DNA of 61,717 nucleotides, the filler included, from Nemertoderma westbladi (taxonomy: Eukaryota > Animalia > Xenacoelomorpha), in the NCBI GenBank assembly GCA_032718475.1. It is 3 parts of 3 records of this genome, joined end to end, with 100 filler letters (N's around TTAATTAATTAA, not from the genome) between each part and the next. Parts side by side here need not be neighbours in the genome. Positions count along the whole stretch, not along the records: positions 30,048 to 49,477 come from JAUCBJ010001049.1; positions 49,578 to 61,717 come from JAUCBJ010003674.1; 1 more part is not named here. The stretch is one strand, 5' to 3'. The notes below the pieces were generated by a model. It did not search any database. It had not been told where the DNA came from and was given only the letters and a program-made list of their open reading frames with translations. A program made the position numbers and the translations under genes. Shown in pieces: positions 47,568 through 59,299 of the stretch; the first letter of the stretch is position 1; each line of letters opens with the position of its first letter.

Positions 47568-48449
47568 TTAATTTTTTTTGCACCAGCCGAAAAAATTTGC
47601 GCCGACAAAATAGTGAAAAAAGGGGGTCAGCCTAATCACCCAACTACACCCCTCAAATCTATCGCAAAGTTTTTTCATAAGAACATAGGTCTTTTTTGGT
47701 AAATCTTCATGTTCATCAAGATCTTGAAAACCTTCTTTTGGCTCTTCGGGTATAGTTACAAAGTTTAGTAACGTTGACTGTGAACGTGCTGTTGGATTGT
47801 TCGTAGTAACATCAAATTCACTAGCAGTTGCTTCGACAGCGGCACCAGCAATAACGCTTGTACTAATACTAATAATATCTGGTTCTACATTAACAACAGT
47901 ACCAGTACTATCAGTTGGTTCTGGTCCAACTTCAACAGTTGCTGCGGCAATAGCAGTGGTTGGTTCGATAGTGGCACCCTTTGGCAAATACTTAAGCTTT
48001 ACATTTTTCACTTCAGTCGAAGAAGCAGGCACAATGGTTGTTTTGGAGTTGTCATTGTGCCATCGCTTTTTATGCCTGTTGATGGTGGATGGATTATTAC
48101 GTGACATATAGGCGAATCGAGCATCCTTCACCTTTTTGCTAAGGTGGTAATTTAAACATTCCAGGCATACATATTTATCAGTTTCTGCTTCAGTAGAAAG
48201 AACAGGTGCCCCAGTTCCAGTAACTTTAATCAGTGGAGGATTGCCACGCGTCCGAGTTTCTTCACGGACTTCGACGTCGCTTATTATAGACACAGGGCTC
48301 CTTCCTGTTGACATTGTATCTTCTTGCTCCACATTATCTTCCCGAGCTGGCTGATCCGGATTCCGTACATCCACCACCTGACCTGAAGTCTTGCCAAAAA
48401 AAGAACTAATAGAGGATTGCTTGAATCTCTTACTTGGTGAATCAGCCAT
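47568..48449 (-). CDS. Probable N-terminal remnant of a DNA transposase (zinc-finger-like) in an element interrupting the pogo relic
   Basis: KRFKQSSISSFF start; CLEC...RHKKRWH (C2H2/BED-like); no catalytic domain; pogo homology stops at about 47481. Confidence 0.45.
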   Translation of the reverse strand: MADSPSKRFKQSSISSFFGKTSGQVVDVRNPDQPAREDNVEQEDTMSTGRSPVSIISDVEVREETRTRGNPPLIKVTGTGAPVLSTEAETDKYVCLECLNYHLSKKVKDARFAYMSRNNPSTINRHKKRWHNDNSKTTIVPASSTEVKNVKLKYLPKGATIEPTTAIAAATVEVGPEPTDSTGTVVNVEPDIISISTSVIAGAAVEATASEFDVTTNNPTARSQSTLLNFVTIPEEPKEGFQDLDEHEDLPKKTYVLMKKLCDRFEGCSWVIRLTPFFHYFVGANFFGWCKKN

Positions 48450-49477
48450 TTCTAATAATCTAATAATTCACCATACAATTAATTAATATTAAATAATATT
48501 AAAACTAATAAGCAAATTTTAACAGGGAAAAAACAAAACGTTTATTAAACTTCAATATTTTAAGATCTTATATTGTAAATTAATAATATTTTATTGAGTT
48601 GACTGACTCAAACGCGACACCTCTAAGCTAATGATATGATACTCCTGTAATATTGTTGTAAAATTGATTTCATTGGCTAGTGGACAATAGAGTATAATGG
48701 TGCCCTGTATTGATTGGATGACACACAATGCATTGAGATTGAATAACACATGGAAAGCCAAAGCAGACCCGGATATTAACAACATTGCTCCGCTCACAAC
48801 AGGGATGGTACTGCTAGTGCTATCGTACTCCAGACCAGCCTGGGCAGGCTGGGCTGGGTTCTCTAGCCATTTAGTACAGTATACATTATACAGGTATAAA
48901 CAAACAGTAGAAATGCTGTTACTGAGAGGCAGCAATTTATGTGTTTAAATTTTTCCTATTCTCTATAAAAACAATATTTTATTGTAGTAAGAACAACAAT
49001 CCGTCACATATTTGTTCCGGAAGTTCTTGTAAAAGTTAATTGGTCTGGGGCAAACCAGTGTTTAATGTTTCGTAGAGATGACCAACATCGTTAATGTGAT
49101 CAATAGTTAGTATACCAGAGTTTTATTCTAAATGGATTTAAAAATAATACAATATTTTGATTATGACTGTTACCAGTATGTAATTGTACATATTTATTAA
49201 TTGGCCATGGAAAATAACGGTTGTCGGTTCGGTACATACAGTAGGCCTATATTTATAAACCTACAAATAAAATATTTTATCAGCTGGAGACCATAAGTTG
49301 AATGTAACCATAGAGATCTACTGGTCGGACGGTTTCCCAGCAGATGGGTGCTTTATCAAGAAAGTAAGTGCAGTGCTAATGGGCATCGTTGCATATCGGT
49401 CGAGATTTAAGGGAAAAGTCGCACAGTTGATGCTATACCATTCTTTTCCTTCTCTGATGACTTCCCTTAGCAGGTGT

Positions 49478-49577
49478 NNNNNNNNNNNNNNNNNNNNNNN
49501 NNNNNNNNNNNNNNNNNNNNNTTAATTAATTAANNNNNNNNNNNNNNNNNNNNNNNNNNNNNNNNNNNNNNNNNNNN
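49478..49577. other. Artificial assembly spacer
   Basis: 44 N + TTAATTAATTAA + 44 N. Confidence 0.97.
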
Positions 49578-50870
49578 GCTAACCGGATACAGGAGGCAAT
49601 GCCCCGCTTGTGTAAATGAGTGTAATGACCAGCTGGCGAATTTTTCGTAGTCAGTACGACGCCAAGGTAATTGAACTTGTTCACAAATTCCAATTGCTGA
49701 CCTTTATATATAAGTATGTCATTAGCTGATAGTCTCCCACCCCGGCGAAATTTAATAACTTTTGTTTTTGCCAAATTGACTGTAAGGCCGTTTAAGTCGC
49801 AGTACTTTTCTAGGTTATTTAGGGCGAGTTGAACACTTTCTATAGATTCGCCGTAAATTGCTACATCGTCGGCGTATAAAATTATAAATACACCGATTCC
49901 GGCTATTACAGAGGGCAAATCGGCAATAAACAGGCTGAAAAGTAATGGAGACAGTTTGTCTCCCTGGATAACGCCGACCATTTGGCATATCGGGTCTGTA
50001 ACGAACAGTCCAATGCAGATTCGAATGTAGTTAGTTGCTATCAGAGCCCATAGAGCGCAGATAAATGTTCGACTAACTCCAATGTCGGACAACTTTGTGC
50101 AAAGTCGCTCACGGTTTACGGTGTCGAAGGCCTTTGAAAAGTCTATAAAAACGCAGTATATATGACCACCAGGTGACGATAAAGCCGCGTCGATGTATAA
50201 GTATATGTGTTTTATAGCCATTAACGTTGACCTGCCAACACGGAAGCCGAATTGGGAATCAGGTTGTTTGTTTATTATTGAGTTCTGACCACGTGTATAA
50301 CCGCTTAAATAGAATGGCGGTATATGTCTTTAGTAGACATGATAATAACGCTATTCCTCTGTATGAATCTGCTGATGCTTTTGATCCTTTGCCCTTGTAT
50401 AGAGGTATAACATATGAGATTAGCCATGCAGTGGGGCAGGTTGCATAGGTGAAACAAATGGTAAATATGTTTAAAATAAACGGGAGAAGAATGCCGATAC
50501 CTGATTTCAGCGCTTCGCTAGTGATCCCGTCGGGGCCGGCAGCCTTTCGTGTTTTCTGGTTGTTTACAGCATCGGTGACCTCCGCCGCTGTGATGGGATC
50601 ATCTAGAGAGGGATCTGGGTTGTCGGATAGTTGAGGCAGCTGGGGGGCTGTATTGCGGGTGAACAAATTCGAGAAATGTGTAGACCAATTCTCCACTGGC
50701 ACATGCTGCGCAGCCATATTTTTCTTTGGGTTGACTATTTTCCAAAAGTCTTTTTGGTTTTCCTCACAACGGTGGATGAGTTTCAGTTCCTGTTGGGTCG
50801 AATGGAATATCTTTTTAGTTTTTAACAACGTTTTGTATTCCCGTTGTAACCGACTGTATGCTGTGTAATC
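49578..50870 (-). pseudogene. LINE reverse transcriptase fragment with a frameshift near 50250
   Basis: KAAGPDGI, PLYKGKG, YRGIALLS, FIDFSKAFDTV, GVIQGDKLSPLLF, YADD, KTKVIKFRRGG, FNYLGV. Confidence 0.9.
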
Positions 50871-51710
50871 ATCTGCATTGAGAACATTTTTTTAAAAAGT
50901 AATAAAAGCTAGCTAGTATTAAAAATTTGAGGGGGGGGGGGGGGGGGTGACCAAAACACAGTAGTACCACATAAGTCTACTTACTGACTTAGTTATTGGC
51001 TCTAACTGACTAAATGATTCCTGAATGCATCGATTCTTCTGTAAAAGGTTCGCAATAGGTTAAACTTACCGCTTCATAAAATACAATTTTATATTAATAT
51101 ATATATATATAATGATATATATATTATATAATGAAGTAATTTTTATTTACGAAAACACTTATTTTACAACTTATATTATTAGTTGGCCACTGAAGGTCCT
51201 TCATCTGAAGGGTTATTTAACCAGACTAGAGTTGCCACACAGTATTAATACTATGTTATATTATATTATGTTATACGATTTACACAAAGTATTGGATAGA
51301 CAAAGAAGCTCTTATTGTTCTAACAGAACCACCAAATTCACTATAAGGTAGAAGAATAACTGCGGTGTAACTGGTGTAATATCGTCGGAGACACCTTTTT
51401 ACAAAATATTGTAATTGTAACTAAAGAATGAAAGCGAAAATAAATATTCTAGTTCACCCAGTAAGGAGGAGGTAGATGAAACTATCTTTGGGGGGGGGGG
51501 GGGGGGGTAACTGAATAACAACAATATATTCCGGTGCATCCAACTATTATATAATATACTTAGTAAAATAAAGGAGCGCCTTTGTTTTACAAATTTAAGA
51601 GAAAGTTTAAGTTAATTTTTCGTTTCATTTATAAAATATCCACTTGAAGTCCATTAAAGTATAAAATCAAAACAAAATTTAAGAATTATAACAAATCTCA
51701 ATCTTGATAG

Positions 51711-52048
51711 GTTACACGGCATTACACGTAGCAGCGCGCGACGCGAACATCGAGGTGATTACCGCGTTGCTAGACAACGGAGGCTCCCTGGCGGCGGAGA
51801 ACGTTAAGGGCTACACGCCGCTGCATCTGGCGGCGAAGTACGGGCGGCTGGAGGTGGCGCGACTGCTGCTGCAACGCTACGCCGACCCCAACGCGGTGGG
51901 TAAGCGGCACGGAGCCACGCCGCTCCACGTCGCCGCCCACTACAACCAGACCGAGGTGGCCGCATTGCTGTTGGATAACGGGGCGAGTCCGCTCGCCGTC
52001 GCTACCAACACCTTCACCGCGTTGCACATCGCGGCCAAACGGAACCAG
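51711..52048 (+). CDS. Internal exon of an ankyrin (ANK1/2/3-family) gene, membrane-binding domain repeats
   Basis: TTGATAG| acceptor and AACCAG|GTTGGT donor; GC-rich against AT-rich flanks. GYTALHVAARD...KGYTPLHLAAKYG...TPLHVAAHYNQ...GASP...LHIAAKRNQ follows the repeat order I recognise from canonical ankyrins. Confidence 0.85.
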
Positions 52049-52399
52049 GTTGGTACACGGTACCAGTGTCACGCAAGAGCAAGCTCGACCCCCTCCCCCC
52101 TCTGTCACATATAAATATTGCGATTTTTTATATCATTATGCAAATTATTAAGTTTTACCATAAACTTTTTAAATAATGTAAATATGTGTGACCAATTTTT
52201 ACAATGACAATTTAAATATAGATTACAGAATTGTCACAAAAAACATATTTCTACCTTTGGTTTTTACCTAGAGTTTTACCTATATATTCAGTTATAGTTG
52301 ATTTCGACAGTTGGTTTTCCATTTGTTGATTTGATTGTTGGGTTGAGTTTGATTTGATAGGCTTGTACTAAGGTGCAGTCCCTCCCTCTCCAAACCTGG

Positions 52400-52780
52400 C
52401 TCGAGAAGCAATCTCAAATGCTATATTTTAGTGTGTGGGAATATCTATACTGCGGTGGGTCTGGTCTGTCCCCACATGTGGGACCCGAACAGACCAAGTA
52501 AAGCCTCGGGCGTGATATGCCGAAGATGTGGAAAGGTTGGACACGATGTCTCCGCGAAATGTCTACAACCCGAGTGATTATAATTGGAGATATACATGGG
52601 TACACCTCCAGCCACTATAGACCTATCATTTCGGTCGATATCCGTTGGTCCGGGGAATAAGTCGGCTTTCTTCAAGCATCGCCGATACTGGAACACAGCG
52701 GCTGGGTTCCATATTCAGCAAGTATGGGCGCTCCAAGCAAGCACCTATCCGTACACCAGGGATTTTTTCAAATTGTTCTC
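52400..52780 (+). pseudogene. Retroelement gag/ORF1 scrap with a CCHC-like knuckle
   Basis: ICRRCGKVGHDVSAKC at about 52516-52563, surrounded by stops. Confidence 0.4.
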
Positions 52781-53178
52781 TGTGAAAAGTTAATAAACTA
52801 TCAGAAAAAATTTAGAAAATCTAAATTTTGATTAGTAATTAAAAAATAATTTGCTCAATGGCGAATGAATTAAGAAAGTGAAAAGTAGGCATGCAATACA
52901 CTGCTGTATAGCTTGTTTTCTACTTTATTAAACCATACGTACTAAGGGTGTGCCGGATATCCGGCCGGGCCGGAATTCCAGCCGGATTTTGAGAAAAAAA
53001 TCCGGTTCCTGCTCTGGCCGGATTTCCATTTCAACAAATTGTTAACAAAATTTACAATTAATATACATTTTCCAAAAAAGCATCAAAATAAATTTTCTTT
53101 CAAATTCAAACAAATTTAAACATAAGCAAATACAATGGAATACAATACTATTATTTTGATAGTTTGTATCATCTTCAT

Positions 53179-54802
53179 TAGGGATGTCCCGGAATCGATA
53201 TTTTGATTCCGGCCGGAACCGGAACCGGAATTCAACATGCCGGAATATTCCGGCCGGAATTCCGGCCGGAACCGGAATTTTCTATAATTAGTGAAATACC
53301 CAGGAAATATTATAATTTTTTGTGAAACAAATGAATTTTTTTAATCTCTAAAGCCAAGTTTGATAATGAGATGAATCACAACCTTGGGGGTAATTACAAT
53401 TAAGGTGAGTGGAGTGGAGAATGGCCTGGCCCGTTATGGCCTATTATGGGGACTGGGTGGTACTTCGGCATTATTCAATATATTTTTTTTTCTAAAATCG
53501 ACAACCTTGGCCAAAAGTTAAGTTTTTAGCCTTTAGACTCATACCTAAAAACCTACACCCTTAACCCAAAACCTATGGTTTCGCGTCATTAGGTCCTTTG
53601 GTGCAATATCCTGATGTCTTTATGGAAAAGGAGCATGTTACAGAGACATGTTATTCGAACCAAAACAATAAACGAGGCAAATAGTACATGTTACAGTTAA
53701 TTATTGCAGGGAATAAATAGATTTATGGTAAGAAATGGATTTGCTGTAAATATAAATAAAACTACTATATTATGCAGCACCTACGACGCAGAACTGAACT
53801 AACGACCACTCTCAGGATCTGTACGTATTGTAATAACGTTTTATGTTTATATTAGTTTTAGGTTAAAGTAGTAATTGTAATTGTGTTAATCGTTAATCGA
53901 GTTTCATTGCTAACTTTAGAAGGTTAGCAATTTATTTAGCCTCCTGTAATTATCATATTATTTAATAATTAAATCAAAGTATAATAATATAAAATCAATG
54001 TAAAATAATTTAAACTCAATGTAAAAATCAATGTAAAATATTGTAAAATCAATGTTAAATAATGTAAAATCAATCTGAAAAACGCCATTTTATAAGCAAG
54101 TTGGAAAAACCACTCGTGAAGGCCCGTGCTCCACTGGTAAGTCTTATGTAGTCTTAGTCAGAATAAATCATGGAACACATTGGTTTCAATGGGAGCGTCT
54201 CCACTGGTAAATCGTAAGTTACGACCTATGATTCGAAAGTGATTATGTCCCATGTTCCATCTTTTTACACATGGACATGACTCATGTGTTATATCCGGCA
54301 AGAGGCCTGTGATTGGTTACTGTGATTAATAAACTAAAAAGGGTGGCTGTGAATTTTTCCTCGATACATAGGTTAGTTAGGTTCCACCTTGACGTAGTGG
54401 TTGCATTTGATTTCCAATCTATCTGGAGGTCGTGGGTTCGATCCCTGTATGTGCGCCAAGGCAGTTTTCGATTCGGCACGAATGGTTTGAAGGGGCTAAC
54501 CAGGGGGCATATATGCCTTCCAGCCTTAAATGTTAGCTCTAACGGTTGAAGAAAACTTTATTTCTATACTTTTTTGCCAGTGTTGAAAAGTATCTTAAAC
54601 TAATTGGTAATAATGTTTAAAAAATATATAAATGTTGATAATAATTTAACAAACTAATTGCAACTATTAATCTAGATATGAACCTTGTAATTCCGGTAAA
54701 ATTCCGGCCGGAATTGACCCCATTCCGGCAATTCCGGCCGGAACCGGAATCGGGCAAAAACCGCCGGAATTCCGGCCGGAACGGAATTCCGGGACATCCC
54801 TA
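53179..54802. mobile_element. hAT-type non-autonomous element (inner, nested)
   Basis: Perfect 17-bp TIR TAGGGATGTCCCGGAAT; 8-bp TSD ATCTTCAT at 53171-53178 and 54803-54810. Confidence 0.92.
54381..54545 (+). mobile_element. tRNA-derived SINE copy inside the inner hAT element
   Basis: GTTCCACCTTGACGTAGTGGTTGCATT...GGAGGTCGTGGGTTCGATCCC. Confidence 0.75.
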
Positions 54803-57005
54803 ATCTTCATTATTCTTGTTATGAATTATGATAAAGTCTAAAGCAGAGCTATAATCATTTTATGACTATCGATACATGCTGTGCTATTGATATGTACTGA
54901 TTATGATATGTGCTACAGCATGTCGGTCGATACATCGACTTGCTGTGCTGACTGACTACTTTTTTACCAATAATATTTGTATTTGGTTGGGCTCAGCCTC
55001 ACTAACACTTAATGAATTAGTACAAGTATGCCCAGCCCAGCCCATATACTAATTATAACTAGTCAATAATTATTTATTGCCCCAGCACGCAAGCGTTGAT
55101 GTTAGGTCTAGGTATTGTTATAAATTGAGATTAAGCTTACCGCCGTGAATGACCTGTTTATATAATCGACGTGCAATTTAGAAACTCTAGTAAATCCAAT
55201 TTAACGCAGAGAGTATATAATAAAACTACAGCTATTATTACTTCGTTCTATTTTTCAATTTTCACTGTATTTCATTTCATTTTCATATTTTATATTTAAC
55301 AACATCAAATCAACCCATTATATCAAATTAGCAAATATCAAATCGGCGTAGGTTATGGTGCAAATGCTTATGGTGATATAGAAAAAAATCCGCCTTTGGC
55401 CGGAATTCCGGCCGGATTTTTTTTACAAATCCGGCTCCGGTTCCGGTCTGGCCGGTTTGAAAAAGGTCAATCCCCCGGCACATCTCTAATACGTACATGT
55501 TAAACTAACAAGGCCTACTATCCACATCATTGGTGATGGTCACAGTAGAAAGGGCAAACTAAAAAAATTCATTTTGAAATATATGCGTTGAAAGTTTTTG
55601 TTGTTGAAATTCAATTAAATGCTTAAAATAAATTTTTATTGTTACCGGTACATGAAGAACTGGAGGGAAATTTCATTCAAATTATGATCATGATGCTAAA
55701 TTAACTTCTCTACTTTAGTAACAATGTATTCTGTAGGCAGATTATTGGTCATGATCATTTTATTTTATCATATAGTCATAATTAATTATTATCGTAACCA
55801 ATAACACACTCTACTCTACGAAAGGCATAAATATTGAACTTAAACCATCTTTCTAATTATAAAAAAACAACCCCATTCATTATTTACGCGCATATTGCAT
55901 TTTTATTAACTTCCAAGTTAGCCGTTTTCATTCACCCATGTCCCGCTGAATACATAAACAGTTCGTTAAAAATGACACTATCAATTTCATGATTACGAAG
56001 CATCAAAGGACAACTAACAAACACTATGAAATTACAATTCTTCAAATCAATGATACTGCCCTTCCATGATTACTGCTGCGAAATACTTTTATCAATACAT
56101 GACAAACACAGATCAAAATAACTTTTATACAAATTTCAAAAAAACTCAAAATTATGCTCTATGAGCAATTTTCAGTCAAACAATCAGAGACACAACAGGC
56201 ATCGAGCTACGAGAGAATTTTCTATTCCACTACGCTGTCAGCTGTACGCTAATAATACTGCCTAATATTGTTTTACCGATACATCAGATCATTATCTTAG
56301 CCATTTCAATCTCTTCAATTACCCGTTTTTCCCATATTAATATAAAAATCAATAGTCGTACAATTAATATCAAAATCGCAAATTCGATATGGCTATTATT
56401 ATAGTCATGTTGCCAGCTCTACTAGAAAGCCAAGCTGGCGAATATAGAGATATTAATTGCCTCATTTGTATTTAATATACTTCCACACTGCGAAAAAGTT
56501 CACCTTGAGATCCTGGATATATATAACAAAAAGATTATGGAATGTGTTTGGGATCGACTGACAAACTGGAGTCACACCCATGGTTGTCTGCCTTCAACCT
56601 AACTAACCCGGTGAGATCGAGATGATGACAGTCGACCTCACAAAGTTCACCACACAGGTTCGCTCGCTGGACAGTCCACAACTACCTCACCTACTGGACA
56701 TTCTCTCCAACCGTACTCTGTATATGATGGTATTTACGACCTTGTATGCATGTCTAGCTGTTGTTTCTACAATTCTAGTACATACATATTACCTAAAGCC
56801 ATAATACCTGTGAATTCACATATTAACTGCAGTTTTCAATTCTTGAATTAAGGAAAACTTGTAGTTGCAAACTATACCTGTGGTTGTTTTTTTAAAGCAA
56901 TGAAAAATAAAAATTATAAACTCCTTTTGAAATTATGTTTCCATATTATTTAGTAATTAGTATAAGTAACACAAAGACAAGCTACTCTCAACTCCTACCA
57001 TCTTC

Positions 57006-57025
57006 TTAATCTTGATCCATTAGTA

Positions 57026-57071
<46 letters not shown>

Positions 57072-58460
57072 TTCCATTTCATAGAAAAGGAAATCAACTC
57101 CACTCACTTCGATTTTGTCTCTCCAAAAAGCATTCAGAACACCTAATTCAAATCCATTATCTGTAACCTTGAAACCGATGTGGCACTTGTTTAGTTCAGA
57201 AATACTTTGTTGATTAAACTTAAGATCGCAAATATCCGATATAACTTGTGTTTGTAAAGGGAATGTAAATCCTCTAACTACTATGCTTCTTAACTTCCTA
57301 CAATCTTTGACCACAGAAACGAAATCTGCTCTGATTGCTTCGCCCTCCTGTTCTACACTGCACATCAAGTTCAAATCTTCTAGACAGTTCCAGAAAATAT
57401 TGCGCAGATATCGCAATAGACTCGATAGATCATGGACCGTTTCCATTTCAGCCCCCAAACTCAACATTGACAGAGGAGGACGCCCTTTTATCAGTTGAAT
57501 AACCGATTGGAAATCAACTGTGCTGATGAAATTCAAATCCATATGAACTGAGAGCTTGGGGTTGGCCATTCTCCACGGGCTGCTGTTGCTATCATAGGCG
57601 AGAGGTTCAATGTCAGCTGATTCTGGCACATCGAGATACAGCGTCAATATTATGAGAGAAGGACAGTTCGTGAGAATTCTTTGTATCAAATCCTGATTCA
57701 GGTAATTGTAGGTTATATTCAACTTTGTCAACTTCCTTAGAGTGCTGAGCCGTCCCATTGCAGATGAGAAAGGACTTTCTGTGGAAGCAGCAGGAGGGTC
57801 AATTAATTCAAATATATCGAGGTTTCTAAGAGACCTGTGGTTGTTTCTGATGAGACTCATTATGAGTCGAGTGGCTTCACTTAGAGGTTTTATAAAGATA
57901 TAATTTAAAGTTAGTTTTTCTAGAACTTTCTGTGAATCAATTAATTCATTCAGACTCTGATAGAACATGATGCTGTTAGGGTTAATGTCAAAGGATCTCC
58001 CGATTAAAGTGAATTGCGTTAGTTTCGATTCCTTGAGATGTGTCATTGCTTGAATGAGGTGGGTTATGAACTGTTGCATTAGATTACTTGGTATATCAAA
58101 CCCGCGATATATTGTTACATTTTTCATATGGCGTCCGTATTGCCGTAATACTTCTATCTCATTCCAATCATTCTGTTGATGACCATTTAAGGTAATTGTT
58201 CTCCTTCTCCAAAGACTTGCGTCTCTCTGGATCTCATTCCATCGACGACAGGTTTCGCCAGCGGACAAACGGTCGCGTTCTGGTAGGAACCTGAACAAAT
58301 GGAGAAGTAGTTCTTTCGGGAGGAGCCATTGCCAATTAGACCATTCGCTTTCATCGCCGAGGAGATATCGTTTTCGCTGGAATTGTTCATCGTCGCTCTC
58401 ACTATCTGATGTATTTTCTAAATGGCGCTTCAGCGGAGATTGATCTTTAAAAGAGTACAT
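57006..58460 (-). CDS. Single-exon F-box protein with LRR-like C-terminal region and poly-Asp tail
   Basis: F-box WQWLLPKELLLHLFRFLPERDRLSAGETCRRWNEI..DASLWR; LxxLxL repeats; a (GAT)n run encodes the terminal Asp tract; intact 484-aa ORF. Confidence 0.88.
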
Positions 58461-59299
58461 TATCGGTGATCTTTTGCATTATTAATGTATTTACTTAAAT
58501 ATGGTGAAGTACTGTGGTGCTTTATGTATTGTATCTAATACACACACATTGTTGTCTATAATATACTAAATAACTAATTATCATAGGTCATGGAAATGTT
58601 ATACTAACTACTTTAGATCAGATAGGTAGTTAGTTGGAAAGTATTATATATTTATATATATATATATAGTATAGTATAAAAGTTGATAGTTTTGTTTGGC
58701 ATTTTGTTGATAGTTGTTACTGTTTGAAGAATGTTTTAAGAATACATAAAGCAACCATATGGTGGTGTTTGTATGCCATATATTTATGCCATATAGCCAA
58801 AGTGTCCTAAACACTGAGCAACTACACAATAGGGCTGTGCGTTATTTACTTTTTTTCGATTTCATTGTTCTACCGGTGCACAAAAGTTGCCAAATGATAA
58901 AAAAATAAGGCAAAAAATATCTTATCTCTATCTTCACAGATCCCAAGAGGGTTGAAATTTTGAGCCATCGCGATGCACCATAATGATATTTATAGCAATA
59001 TAACACATTAATGAATGATCAATGACTCAAGAAAGAACTTCCTGCTTGCATCAAATGTCATCAAATGGGTCCAAACTTAGTTAGATACCAAAATTTTAAT
59101 TTTTGGATCAAGAGAACTAGTGCCACAGCCACATGGACAGAAGAACCTACCATTTGGCACAAGTGATGATAATTCTAAATTTTCGCGATGGCCAACTTTG
59201 AGATCTCCTACTGCATTAATATTATGCTCATTAGAACCACAATGACCGATTTAGTGGGGGTAGACACCTTCAAAACAAACGTAGAGCGAATAGTTCTTG

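Larger units (their letters stand above)
52943..55488. mobile_element. hAT-type non-autonomous element (outer)
   Basis: TAAGGGTGTGCCGG ... CCGGCACATCTCTA; 8-bp TSD ATACGTAC at 52935-52942 and 55489-55496; CCGG subterminal repeats. Confidence 0.85.

Noticed and set aside
54381-54450. Functional tRNA genes (also at 15907, 22580 and 40560)
   Set aside because: A and B boxes are present, but I could not form a proper acceptor stem. The copies are mutually diverged and some share non-tRNA 3' sequence, as expected for SINEs.
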